A DNA stretch of 64,000 nt from Saccostrea cucullata. Lineage: Eukaryota. The position numbers and the translations under genes are program-made. The DNA is taken from contig NW_026939192.1 of assembly GCF_032062105.1 (NCBI RefSeq), positions 248,001 through 312,000 of the forward strand, in the 5' to 3' direction. Within the stretch, counting starts at the first letter, position 1; each line of letters starts with the position of its first letter. Positions 51,247 through 64,000 of the stretch are shown here, piece after piece. The notes beneath the pieces are model-generated. The model saw only the letters and a list, made by a program, of their open reading frames with translations, searched no databases and was not told the DNA's origin.

Positions 51247-51825
51247 CATGTATTAACCCCCCCCCCCTACCCCACCCCAGCCCTCTGTCAAAACTCCAAA
51301 CAGACAAAAATAAACAAACAATAAAAAAAAGTAAACACGTAAAGTAAACGTGTAAATATCCCACATATATACATGTTTTGGGAAGTGTTATGTTATTTTC
51401 TAGTCGACAATGAAAACCAGTATGCTTGTTTATAGTGCTGACGGAAGGTCAACGACAAAAGTTGGTCCATGATTAAAAGAAAGTAATGAATGTACCTATA
51501 GACTTGCACGTCGTAAATAATTAATGATTAAGCACATCAACACACAGCGTCAATTAGGCCCGGATATAATAGTCCAGAATTTTCAGCGCGCTGTTCTTCA
51601 TCAGTCGATAATTTGAATGGACGAAATCCCCGTAACGGTGGTGGAATACCTGGTATCACTGTTACTTTGTATTCATGAATATAAAAAAATGATTGCTTCA
51701 TTAAAGTAAAAATGAAGAAAGTTAGTAAACTGGTCCAAGAAACCATGGAGTTGAAATCGATTACTTAATTGTGGAAAGATGCGTAAGTTAAGGATGAAGT
51801 TTTAAAACAAGACTGTATTATAAAG

Positions 51826-51828
<3 letters not shown>

Positions 51829-51884
<56 letters not shown>
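51829..51884. repeat. (AG)28 microsatellite
   Basis: Perfect dinucleotide run. Confidence 0.97.
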
Positions 51885-51885
<1 letters not shown>

Positions 51886-54553
51886 AACCATTGACCGGAC
51901 TTCATCTCTTTTGAAAGAAGTCGGTTCACTTTACGCATAAAATGGCCCTGTAGATATAACTAATTGATCGATTAACACTTGATTTTCTATTTGAAGCATT
52001 AAAATAAAGTAGAGACTTGGTGCTTTCATATTCTATTAAAATTTTTCTCCTCAAAGTCCAAGTCTTGGAGAACTGGCTTTGTGAAATTGTAATGTTCTTG
52101 AATTTTTAGGTAAACAGGATTATAAAAAATATGTAACTCTCTGATCTAAAAAATAAAACATGTCCATTAATCCTCAGAAACAGTTCTATCATTTACTAGT
52201 TGCATATTTTAGATCAGACGTTGCGCTTTATATTATATATCAAAAAATAGCTTTAAAAATTTGCCATTTTTGTTACCAGAATATAGGAAATTACGCATTT
52301 TAATAATAATTGACTAAGAAAATGACGGGTGTGTTGCAGTTTCAGTTTTTTTCAGAAATTCACAGGGCCAAATAAGGCAAAAGTGAACCTTGTTCTTATT
52401 CCAAATCAAAACTTTCTTAAATTTCCAGAAAACAATAATCATTTTTAGTTTTAAGCATAAAATTAATTGTTTTACCTTTAAAAAATTGTTCCTATACAAA
52501 TCTATACGAAAAAACAGTCTAACATTTCTAATGTTTTGCTGAGCGGGCATAAAAAAATCAATGTTGGACCGCTTACGTCACACAGTGGGCGGAGCTTAAT
52601 TTCATTTTCATTCGTTGGTGTTCAAAAGTGACGGACCTGAGGTAACATCACGGGAGACAGTATAAAATACATGAACGTCAAAAAAATATTGATATAAAAC
52701 AATGCAAAATGTGGGTAATGTCTGCCTTCGGCCTTCATTATTATCCTTCACAAAACGAATTATCGAACTCAGTCAATCGATTCAAACATACTATGTAACA
52801 AGACTTACGTCCGTGTGCTTTATATACAGGATTGGACATGACTAATTCGTGATGATAACCTGGTTTGGGTCAGTTTACACTTTTTTATAATCCGCGAAAG
52901 AAATAGAGTCATTCCTTATAAATTAATTTTAAAATAATTTAACAAGGGTGACAATGTTATCAAGTTTTTCCCTTCAGATGAAAAAACACACAAGATCAGG
53001 AGTCCTGAAATTGAAATAGCGATTTTTTAAAATTTTGCAAATAATTCTGTACAGTAAGCATTGGGGTTACAACTTGATTTTGTTGATATTACTTTTATTA
53101 GACCCTTTCAATGAAACTACTGTGATTTAAGCGAAAGATAACTCTTATTTATAAGTACAATTAATAAATACGTGCAGGGGATCGGTAAACAATAAATTCT
53201 CAACGATGACGTCAAAGTTGTCAGATGACAAGCGAGTTGACATATTTTGAAAGTGATGAGATAACTCTAATTTGAGCAATTAATAAGTAGAAGAAAACAA
53301 GAGGTCAAAGTTGATTACTATTTTCTACTCTACGTAATTGATAATTATATATTCTTCAGGATAATAAAACTATTATGGACTGTTTAGAAGGGAGACATCA
53401 CCAATTATCAGGTCTGAGTAGGGTTACAGATCTAGCAGCCATGATGTTTGTGTACACGAGGTGAGATCGAGCTACTGTTTGAAGTTAAAGGTACATTTAT
53501 TAAATCTGGAATTTCCCATGAATTCCAAGGACTGGAAATGAGGGAATTCTATGGATATAGATGATTCAGCTGGTTGTCAAGGGGTGTGTCCCCATACCAA
53601 ACCAGGTTATTAAGAAATAATTTGCGTTCCTTTTTGGTAATCAACCAATGAGAGACTAGAATACAAACAAAATTAAATTATGTTTCGATGAAACAAAATA
53701 ATTATCATTTTGGTATGACAGGTCCGTAAGAAGCAAAATGTCAGTTCGTTGGGAGACTAAAAATTCGAACTTTCGTCACAAGCCAAAAAAAGGGTTATCA
53801 AATCGACAGATATTATTGAAAGGACACAACCCAAGCTATGATTTCTGTTGTATTCTATATAGGCCTACTGGCAAAATTATGGGGGAGGGGGACACGGCCG
53901 CGGCAATACTATAACATGACCCCCCTCCCGATGCAGAAAATTTTATAAATAGGCACCAGTTTTATGAATTCAGGTTATTCTTTCAAATATAGTTGTATAA
54001 CTTTAAATAAATAAGAGGACAAACATTTGAATTTTGAAGGGTGGGGTGGCTAGCAAAGTTTTTCCGAGACAAAAATTGAAATTATTGATTTTATTTGGAC
54101 GAAGGGCAGATTTTTTATTTCAAAGCTCGAGAACAGCGGATTTATTTTTAATTCAGTCTCGTTGAAAACGTCTTACAAGCAATAAAAATCTAAACTTTAA
54201 AACTATTTCATTGGGGCGGGGTGGGTGTAACACTACTCAATGGAAGATTATTTATAAAAATTTCGAGGATAAATTACCCCCCCCCCCCCCTGAAACAAAT
54301 GGTCGTTCCTAAGAAATATATATTTGCTTTCTTTAAAAAAAAATGCATTTGGGGGTTTCTTTAAAGGGTTGCAATCCCACCCAACCGCAAATCCTGTGTC
54401 TTGCACAATATTTTATTGTAGATTTAATGAAAAATATGTAACAGGCCTTCAAAGTGAAAGCGATGCTCCCACTTCCGTAGATCCGCCGATAGTCGACGTC
54501 ACGCGACACACATTGCGTCATATTTGAACCTCCATTTCTTTTATCTCGACAAC

Positions 54554-57500
54554 ATGGCTGATTTGAAATCAGTTCTTGGTTTGTAATTTTGTAGACTAGT
54601 TACGTGTATTTTGTAAATCTAACTATTTATCAAACAATGCATAGTTTTAAGTGTTCTTCTGACCAATTCCATCAGTCTCAGAGGGCACATTCGCTTACTA
54701 GCTTACTGAAATATTTTTCTTATTCACAGCAGCGTTTATCCTTTGTGTTTCTGCTTCCATTTATGTCCTGGCCCAGACGAGTACTGCCAAGGATCAGAAA
54801 ACTGGTTTGTAGCCAAAACTGAATAAGAACTCAAAAGAGGGCCCTTGCCATTTACTTCTATAAATCCCTCGGTACCTCGCTGGTTCACAATTTTTTTTAT
54901 AGTAAGAGTCCATTTGGTGGATTCAATGATATAAGGCCTAACATAGGCCAATTCATTCTAAAATCAAAATTCAAGGGTTTTATAATAATGGACGTCTTGC
55001 AAGATTGTGAATGCAAGCAGCAACATTCATAGGACTTTTCATACATTATAGTATTTAATCCCGGTACCTCGCTGGTTCACAATTTTTTTTTATAGTAAAA
55101 GTCCATTTGATGGATTCAATGATATAAGGCCTAACATAGGCCAATTCATTCTAAAATCAAAATTCAAGGGTTTTATAATAATGGACGTCTTGCAAGATTG
55201 TGAATGCAAGCAGCAACATCCATAGGAGTAGGACTTTTCATACATTTAATATGGTATTTAAGGGGGGACCTATGTCCGAAAAGTCTTTGTGTGAAATTTT
55301 CAAAACTTTGACATTTCTTTCCTGACCACTTGCTCTTAATTTTGAGGTATTAAAAACAATACCTTTATTTGCTTATTTTTACACAGGAGCACGTGCAAAA
55401 ACAGTGTGAAATGCTAAAAATAGATTATTTTCAGTCATTATTGTTCTACCCCAAATATGCGCTAAAAAGAACCAAAAATGTCAAATCATATTCAAAATCA
55501 ACACTTATTTAATTTATATGACTTGTATCTTTAAAATGGAGGCAAATTCATTGAAATCCATCTCGCATGAAAAATTATAATGGAGCATAATGTAAGTATT
55601 ACCCCATTTTTCTTGTCGTATTTTTTACAATTCCGACATGCATAACAGGTAATATGATATCTTAAAAAGTCTTTGTGTGAAAATTTTGTAATTCATATTT
55701 TTTGAAAGAAATGATTCATCTCTTTATTTCAACAAAGAAAAAAGTATACCTTTATGATAAAATAAACGAGAAATATGACGTTTCCTTTTATTTTTGTACT
55801 CTTGCGTCATAAATATTGACCTTTCTGCACTAAAAAAGGGTAAGTAAGCACTGACAAACACCTGAATATAAAACACGAGTATTTTGGTTTGATTAGAAAC
55901 AATTTGAATAGATGATTTTTTTTCTTCATTCCATTGATTCTGTTTCACTCCCCCTCCCCATTTCCCCGTCAACAGCCAATGCCTATTAGAACCTAGGAAT
56001 GACTTTATACCATAAAATCTACATGTACTGTATAAATCAATCAGCAAATATACACCCGTACAAGTACATTTCTTAATTTTTTTTTTTCTTAGTTTTCTCC
56101 AGAAAATCGATTAATGGTAATTATAAAATTAAACATTTTCCCCTGATTTAAGCCGCTTTCTTTCCTGAATTTTATCTCTTTTTTGCACCATTATATTAGC
56201 ATATTATCAGGGTATTTTTCACAACAGCAATTTCTATGAATTATCAACCAAAGGAAGAGAATTCTAATATTTACAAACTCCATAAATCAAATAAAACTGT
56301 GATTCATGATGAATAAATTTTCTTTTTGTAAATTTTGTACGTAATTGATTATCAACAATGGTATGCCTATATCACAGTTGCAAAAGTCAACAGGTAAAAA
56401 CAAACGTCGCTATTGTGACGTCACATGACGCTGCCTTGACGTAGAACGACATAGGTCCCCCCTTAATATAGAATCATCATACATCTGCCCATTCCTAGGC
56501 TAGCTGAACTTGACTGGTACAGTTGTGTGCCAAAAGTGAATATAATTTTATTTTTTCTTTATATATTTCATTGAAAACAATATTTTGTAAAATCGCTGGT
56601 ATGACAACATTTCTTGACAGATTTTATCAAAAGAACTATATGCGGTATTAACCAACATTTGCCCCCCAAAATCAAACTTTGTTGGAGTAATATTTAATTA
56701 AGTCCTTAAACAGGGGAGTATATGCTGACTTCAAAGCACTGAATAATTTCATAAGTAATGACGTCATTTGTACGTAATGACGTCACAAATATGACGTAAA
56801 CTTCAGTTTTTTATGAATTTTGCAGAAAAATGTACATATTTCGTCGATATTTTAAATAAAAGTCACCGAGCGCATGTGTGTTCAGGATCAATATTTTGAT
56901 ATAATGTGTAGAATGATAATATCAATGAAATATGTCAATATTGTTCCTGAACACACATGCGCTCTATAAATTTTAAAGCTTAAATTGTTGAAATTTTGTC
57001 CATTTTGTCCTCTTTCTGAAAAAGGATATAAAATCGGACTAGTTTGTGACGTCATAAAAACAGAAATTGCGAATACACTGCTCTGGAACTATAATATTTT
57101 CTGTTAACTTATATTTCTCGTACAATTTATTGAATTCAGCACATTTCAGGAAGTTTTCAAAATTTGACTTTTGTGGGGGCAAACATATGCAATATACCGC
57201 ATATAGTTCTTTCTTGATAATCCAAGAAATTGTTGTAGTTAAAAACAACAATAGTTTTTATCTGATAAGCATTGATAATTTAAAAATATTGTAATTTAAG
57301 TGTGATGTGAATTTTTAAGTCATATATTCACAATGAATTGATATAGTCAACATTGATCTTGAATTTTAGAACTGATGTTTAGTGATGAACTATATTTTAC
57401 TACATATTAAACGTGTAATGATCTTTTGAAGATAGATAACTACACATTTTCTGGTTTAAGTACTGAAATAAATAATTAGATTGGACAAAAATTGACCATT

Positions 57501-58735
57501 TACCTATGATTTTACAAAATGTTGTTTTCAATGAAACATAAAGAGAAAAAATAAAATTATCTTCACTTTTGGCACGCCTGTATAGGTAAAGCATAATGCA
57601 CAGCAGGTACTCAAGAAAGGTAATACAAGCATGGGATCTTGAAGAGCTTATGAAAAAGTATTGGTTGTCAGTCCATCTAGTTGTTTGTTCGTTTGTCTGT
57701 AAACAATTATTCAAAATGCTCCCTCAGTTTTGATTTGATTTCAGTATAACTTGGCACACAAATAGACTACACTATGATATTAGTGCATCAATTGCCATGG
57801 TTACTAAAAATAGAATTTTTTTTTCTCAAAATGTTCTTGTGGCAAAGTAAGGAGTTGATCACATCGCGGGTTTGAATCCCACTGTGGGACGGGGACCGGT
57901 CCTTCGGATGAGAGTCATGAGACCGTATCAACTGAGGTCTTGGTGCTGGCACAAAAAAGATCCCTCCCTGCTCAATGGCCCTGAGTGCTGAGTAGTGAGT
58001 ATAGGAAAAAATTTGCAGCTCTCCACCGACAAGTGGTGGTGTCTCCATATGAGTGAAAAATTCTCAAGAGGGACATTAAAAAAACACACAAACAAACAAT
58101 ATGCTACAGTACTCCTTCTACACTTTTAGTCTGATTTCCAAATACTGGTAACTTGGTACACAAGTAGACTACACTAAAATACAAACTTGAGTTTAATTTT
58201 TATTTTGATGAATGGTGTTGCCATGGTTACTAAAAATAGAAAATTCTGTGAAATTCTTTAAAGCACTACTCCTACAGTTTTTGTCCAATTTCAACATAAT
58301 ACTGCACTAATTAAGATACACAACTTAATGCATCTGTTTAAGATTTTGAAGAACAATGTTGCCATGGTTAACTAAAATTAAACATATGTGAAATCTTTAA
58401 AATGCTACTACTCTTATAGATTTGGTCTGATTATATAACTTTGCACAAAGTACACTTGACTGTATTGAGATACATATTTCTGTTTGTAAGTTTTGATTTT
58501 GATGAATGGTGTTGCTATGGTAACTTAAAAAAATTATTTCTGTGAAATTCTTTCAAAAGGCTACACCTTCAACAGCTTAATTTAGTTTGATTACAATCAA
58601 TCTTGCCACAAAAAGAGACTTACAAAGGTTAATTTATTTTTATTTATTGCTGTCACCTATGTTTACGTGCTATACCTCTGTTTAAAGTACAACCAAGCTA
58701 CAGTCTCATCAGAGACTTCTGGTTATGCTCATCAA

Positions 58736-58766
<31 letters not shown>

Positions 58767-61700
58767 AATTCTGTCCTCCATCCATCTGTTAACTTTTATC
58801 ATATCTTCTTAGGGAACACTGGGTCAATTTTAACCAAACTTGCCACAAAGCATCCTTTGAAGAAGGGAATTCCAGTTTGTTTAAATGAAGGGCCTTACCC
58901 TCTTTCAGGGAATTTGATTCATTTGCTAAGCAAAAAGCAGCTTCTGTACATTAAAGACTTTTCAAATATCATCATCAATCCGTAGTATCATTATATTTAC
59001 CTTTCAGTTTTGAATGTTTCCTTGTTTTTAATTGGAATGTCAGATGATATAATACTTTTGATATTCATCTAATTTAATACAGTTTCCTTTAATTCACAAC
59101 TAGCTGACTCAGTGTGTCCAGCCTTAAAATGTCCGTACGAGTGCAGAATAGCCAGTACACAGTCAAAATGCAGGGCAGCTTTTGGTGCCAGTGGAGATGT
59201 TCTACAAGACTTTATAACTAACATCGGATACAAGTTCAGATATAGAAATGTTGCTGAATTGGCCAGAAATAAGATGATCCATGTTCTAAATGCCAGACGT
59301 AAGTATACTGGAATCTTTGGAAATTTCTAACGCATCTGGAGGATAGATTCTAGGATAGGGTTTTTTTTATTTTAGAAAAATCCAATATTCATTTCTGTTT
59401 AAACAATAAAAATAAAAGTATTGAATTCATATACATATTATTCTATGTAGAATAGCAACGTTAATTGTGCAATCTTATCATACTACTTACATGACTCAAA
59501 CTTTAATTGTTAAATATAATGGGTATGATACATGTATAAACTGTAGATTCCTTATTACATGCAAGTACTTTACTTTGCAAAATGACTCTTAGCTAGCTGT
59601 CAGAAAGCAAGAACAATAAATTGCTTAAAGGATTTTATGCAGATTTCAGCACCAAAATTATATACCATATAAAAGCGAGTAAATTTATTTTGCAAGTGGT
59701 GCTTTGGTACATGATATGCTGCTGAGGAAGCATTTTCAAAAATTTACAATTATCGACAATATAACCTCAAAAACATGAATCAACCACTCTTCACCTTGTT
59801 TTATAATGCAATTTATTTTTTCATTTTTACAATAAAATTAATTAGGGATGTCAAAATTGTCAATAATTGATATTCGAATATTCGATAGTAGTATTCGAAT
59901 ATATTTGAATATTCGATAAAATAAATACATCTTGCATTATAATATGTATATATCTTCACTCTTTTGTCAAGCAATATATACGTTTTATGTCATATTTTTG
60001 GAATAAAATTTCATGTAGAGATTTGTAAATGCACTTTAATCATATTCTTAAAATATTTTACAGAATATATAAAGTTTATATCCGAAATGTAATAAAAAAA
60101 ATTTTCCCCCGAAAATTCAAAAGATTCTTTTAATAAGTTGCAGATTAATTAATCATCTTACCAAAGTGTACACTGATAACCCTACAGATTTATACCACAC
60201 AGAACAATTATCTAATGGAGAAACATTAAAAGCAACTACTTTTAGCTAATTAATTTCCTGATAATTATTTTAAATGATGTATAAATAAACAAAAATGTGT
60301 CCTTTCAACAATACAAACTAATTATAAGTACTGGACACTGTTATATCTCTAATTAAATGATCAAATGAATAATTTATATCATTTTAATAGACACATTCTT
60401 CACACCTTTAAGGTAATCCAAGAGGAGTGTCTATAAAAAAATTAATTTTGTTTTAAATAAAATCTTATTATTGGTCAACGATGAGAATTTGATTCAATTT
60501 CTGATAAAACTTCAGTTTTTGCCAGATTTTTTTTTTTTTTTTTTTTTGATGCTTGTATACTTAAAATCCGAATATTCGAATCATGAATTTATATTCAAAT
60601 ATCAACTCATCGAATGAATATTCGAATATTCGAATATTCGTTGACATCCCTAAAATTAATGTTTTCTCTTCAGATGTTCACTTGTAACGCATACACATGC
60701 TACTTTGTACTGATAATGTAGATAACATAGCTGGATACTTTCATGAAGAGTTTCTAATCTTTTTTTCTTTTTTTTTTTTGAATTTACTAGTCCTTGATGA
60801 GAGAAAACTAACATGTCCAGTGCTGAAGACATTTCTCATTAAAATGGTTACAACAAAACTGGGTGATGTCCTGGATAAGATTTTGTCTGGAAACTCATCC
60901 ACCCCACCATCATCAAATTCTAGTGATCAGGTTTACAGTGTTGAGTTTTCTACTGTACCCCCGACTTCTGGACAGGGGCAGAGCAATTCATCAGCTGACA
61001 GTACCCAGTCTTATGGAACCACACCTAAAGGGGTTAACTATCAAAATGACACCCAAGGTGAAAGCTTAAACAATGGTACTTCTAGAAATAAAAGACAGAC
61101 ATCTCAGAATGCAACAGAAACAGAAGAGTCTGCAGGAATGCAAAACGCTACCATGCAAGAAGCAGATGTTAGGAACAAAACTGAAATAGAAGGGAGCACC
61201 ACTCAAAATGGAACCAACACAGAAACAGAAGAGAGCAGCATTCAAAATGGAACCAAAACTGACACAGAAAGGGGCACTGTTCAAGATGGATCCATTAGTC
61301 AAGTTGAAGTACAGACAGTTTTAGAAAATGGAGATGTTTCTAAGATGTTTGATTCAAGTTTTAGCGAAATATTTCTAAGCTTGATAAAGGTACAAGATTA
61401 AAATAGAAAAGTTTTTTTAAGGTTGCTTTTAAGGTTGCTTTATACATATCAGGAAAATACAAATAAAATGGGTTGCATTATATCAATACTTTATGTAGTT
61501 GAGGTTAACATTGAAAATTTAGTATAAAGGTGAAGCATGTGCACATAGATGCCATGCAGTCAATATCCATTTTTTAATGTTGCTTTTTTTTTTCAAACAA
61601 ATCATTGATGCCAAGATGAGGATGCATGATTTAAAAAAAAATCTGAACCTTATTTAACCATTTCTTTTATTTAATATTCCATTTCTACATACATGCTCCT

Positions 61701-62511
61701 GTATATCTTTCCTTTTCACAGTGAAAAGAATGATGAATTGTCAAATAGCTGTGAATATAAAATATATTAATTTAAATTCATAACCAATCATTTTAGACAA
61801 AATGACTTCAGATTTTTCTATGATGAAAGTGATCATTGAAAAAGCAATACATGTATTGATCAGCAAAAGTGCAAGCTTTTAAGAAAACCATTGAGTACTG
61901 TTATACTTTTATTAACTAGACAGAAAACTTGAGCACCCTGATTCAATCCTGGGATGAGACAGACAAGACCTGTTTGTGTGGACTTGGTGTGCAGGCTGAC
62001 TGCATTACAAGGGAGACAATCCAGCCTTTACTTTGTCAGAGAGCATGTCAGATTCCTAGAGATATACAGGTATATAACAGGTTAGATGGCACCTTGGTGT
62101 TTTGAGAATAAAAAGAATGAACTCGAAAGACATCTGTTGAAAATGTAACATAACTGTGAACTTTGGAATATAAGATTAGCATAAAAATAGATTGCTTAAT
62201 TAAATGTTCAGTTAATGTACATATATATTTTTTGCAAAGCTAAGCAATTAGATCAAGATTGTCATAAAGCTGTGAAGGTAACGTTTGAAATTGAAGAAAA
62301 TAGTTATGTTTTCATATAAAACAAATTAGGTTTGCAGATGGCCACTTGCAGTTGTGCGTAGATTTGCAGAGTTTTGTATAGAGGAGAAAGTGAAGCAGAT
62401 TCAGCAGAAAACAATGACCTCTAGTGACCTCGGTTACTTAATGAACGTCAGTACCGAGTACGTGATAGAACAGCTAAGGCCACAGTACACAGCAGATATA
62501 CTCAGACAGAG
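54554..62511 (+). CDS. Uncharacterised multi-exon protein, 5' part (at least 383 aa; continues beyond the window)
   Basis: Exons 54554-54578 (aacATGGCT, MADLKSVL), 59104-59298, 60791-61389, 61920-62069, 62330-62511; all GT-AG with continuous frame. Cys-containing helical segments flank an S/T/Q/N/E-rich repetitive linker. CpG-rich promoter-like sequence (GACGTCA, ACTTCCG) lies upstream. Exon 1 is less certain. Confidence 0.75.
54864..55250. repeat. Tandem duplication of ~192 bp (2 near-identical copies)
   Basis: ggtacctcgctggttcacaatt... at 54871 and 55063. Confidence 0.9.
55262..56462. mobile_element. Non-autonomous TTAA-flanked element (Kolobok-like)
   Basis: TTAA|ggggggacctatgtc ... gacataggtcccccc|TTAA. 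Confidence 0.82.
56624..57220. mobile_element. Palindromic MITE
   Basis: aagaactatatgcggtat...tttgccccc / gggggcaaa...ataccgcatatagttctt; inner inverted pair gagcgcatgtgtgttcagga / tcctgaacacacatgcgctc. Confidence 0.75.
57860..58099 (+). mobile_element. tRNA-derived SINE with V-domain-like core (5'-truncated)
   Basis: B-box-like gggtttgaatccc, core ccttcggatgaga...gaggtc...aaagatccc, and an (ACAA)n-type tail. Confidence 0.65.
59843..60652. mobile_element. Non-autonomous hAT-type element (copy 2, inverted relative to 23858-24619)
   Basis: TIRs TAGGGATGTCAA...TTGACATCCCTA; 8-bp TSD AAATTAAT (59835-59842 / 60653-60660). Confidence 0.85.
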
Positions 62512-64000
62512 GTATATAGAACAACTTCATATACTCAAACCCCACTATACTCAAAGAGAGGTATATAGAACAACTTCATATAGTCAAACCTCAGTATACT
62601 CAGAGAGAGGTATAGAACAACTTCATATAGTCAAACCTCACAATACTCAGTTAGAGGTATATAGAACAACTTCATATAGTCAAACCTCACTACCCTCAGA
62701 GAGAGGTATATAGAACAACTTCATATAGTCAAACCTCACTATCCTCAAAGAGAGGTATATAGAACAACTTCATATAGTCAAACCTCACTATACTCAGAGA
62801 GAGGTATATAGAACAACTTCATATAGTCAAACCTCACTATACTCAGTTAGAGGTATATAGAACAACTTCATATAGTCAAACCTCAGTATACTCAAAGAGA
62901 GGTATATAGAACAACTTCATATAGTCAAACATCACTATCCTCAGAGAGAGGTATATAGAACAACTTCATATAGTCAAACCTCACTATACTCAGAGAGAGG
63001 TATATAGAACAACTTCATATAGTCAAACCTCAGTATACTCAGAGAGAAGTATATAGAACAACTTCCTATAGTCAAACCTCAGTATACTCAGTTAGAGGTA
63101 TATAGAACAACTTCATATAGTCAAACCTCACTATACTCAGTTAGAGGTATATAGAACAACTTCATATAGTCAAACCTCACTATACTCAGAGAGAGGTATA
63201 TAGAACAACTTCATATAGTCAAACCTCACTATACTCAGAGAGAGGTATATAGAACAACTTCATATAGTCAAACCTCACTATACTCAAAGAGAGGTATATA
63301 GAACAACTTCATATAGTCAAACCTCACTATACTCAGAGAGAGGTATATAGAACAACTTCATATAGTCAAACCTCACTATCCTCAAAGAGAGGTATATAGA
63401 ACAACTTCATATAGTCAAACCTCAGTATACTCAGAGAGAGAGGTATATAGAACAACTTCATATAGTCAAACCTCACTATACTCAAAGAGAGGTATATAGA
63501 ACAACTTCATATAGTCAAACCTCACTATACTCAGAGAGAGGTATATAGAACAACTTCATATAGTCAAACCTCAGTATACTCAGAGAGAGGTATATAGAAC
63601 AACTTCATATAGTCAAACCTCACTATACTCAGAGAGAGGTATATAGAACAACTTCATATAGTCAAACCTCACTATCCTCAAAGAGAGGTATATAGAACAA
63701 CTTCATATAGTCAAACCTCACTATACTCAGAGAGAGGTATATAGAACAACTTCATATAGTCAAACCTCACTATAACTATACTCAGAGAGAGGTATACAGA
63801 AAACTTCATATAGTCAAACCTCACTATACTCAGTTAGAGGTATATAGAACAACTTCATATAGTCAAACCTCACTATACTCAAAGAGAAGTATATAGAACA
63901 ACTTCATATAGTCAAACCTCACTATACTCAGAGAGAGGTATATAGAACAACTTCATATACTCCAACCTCAGTATACTCAAAGAGAGGTATATAGAACAAC
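62497..64000 (+). repeat. 49-bp minisatellite, ~30 copies, running off the window end
   Basis: Unit gtatatagaacaacttcatatagtcaaacctcactatactcagagagag with recurring variants (cagtata, tatcctc, ctcaaag, ctcagttag); period check: tatatagaac at 63001 and 63050. Confidence 0.97.

Noticed and set aside
62512-62713. ORF extension into the minisatellite (…YRTTSYSQTS…)
   Set aside because: Most simply intronic read-through past the donor at 62511; only 62330-62511 is treated as exon.
62497-64000. CRISPR-like regular repeat array
   Set aside because: No unique spacers; whole units are near-identical, the DNA is eukaryotic and no cas genes are present. It is a minisatellite.

Overview
AT-rich, intron-rich animal genomic DNA, almost certainly an ostreid oyster (Crassostrea/Magallana-like), judged from a Helentron-associated element carrying 166-bp Cg170-type satellite units. 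Six protein-coding genes were reconstructed by hand from GT-AG sites and reading-phase continuity: (1) a 20-exon axonemal dynein intermediate chain DNAI1 (+, 1197-15641, ~717 aa); (2) an uncharacterised single-coding-exon 105-aa basic helical protein (+, 19068-19385); (3) NDUFA13/GRIM-19 (-, 28514-20607, 168 aa); (4) a two-domain rhodanese/3-mercaptopyruvate sulfurtransferase-family gene (+, 30482-40905, 312 aa), head-to-head with NDUFA13 and with an atypical active-site loop CFLGLT; (5) a tandem-doublecortin-domain protein (-, 47053-45378, ~496 aa); (6) the 5' part of an unrecognised multi-exon gene (+, 54554 to beyond the window). Near-consensus RFX X-boxes precede genes 1, 2 and 5, suggesting a ciliary/sperm regulon that includes the unknown 105-aa protein. 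Introns and intergenic DNA hold many non-autonomous DNA transposons with identifiable TSDs (TA, TTAA, 6, 8 and 9 bp), HINEs, a V-type SINE, a Penelope-like RT relic and long fold-back palindromes. Other notable signals: TACATGTA is strongly over-represented and two sites indicate it is a transposon excision footprint, and a 49-bp minisatellite has amplified an exon/intron junction ~30 times. All coordinates are hand-counted and no database searches were run.
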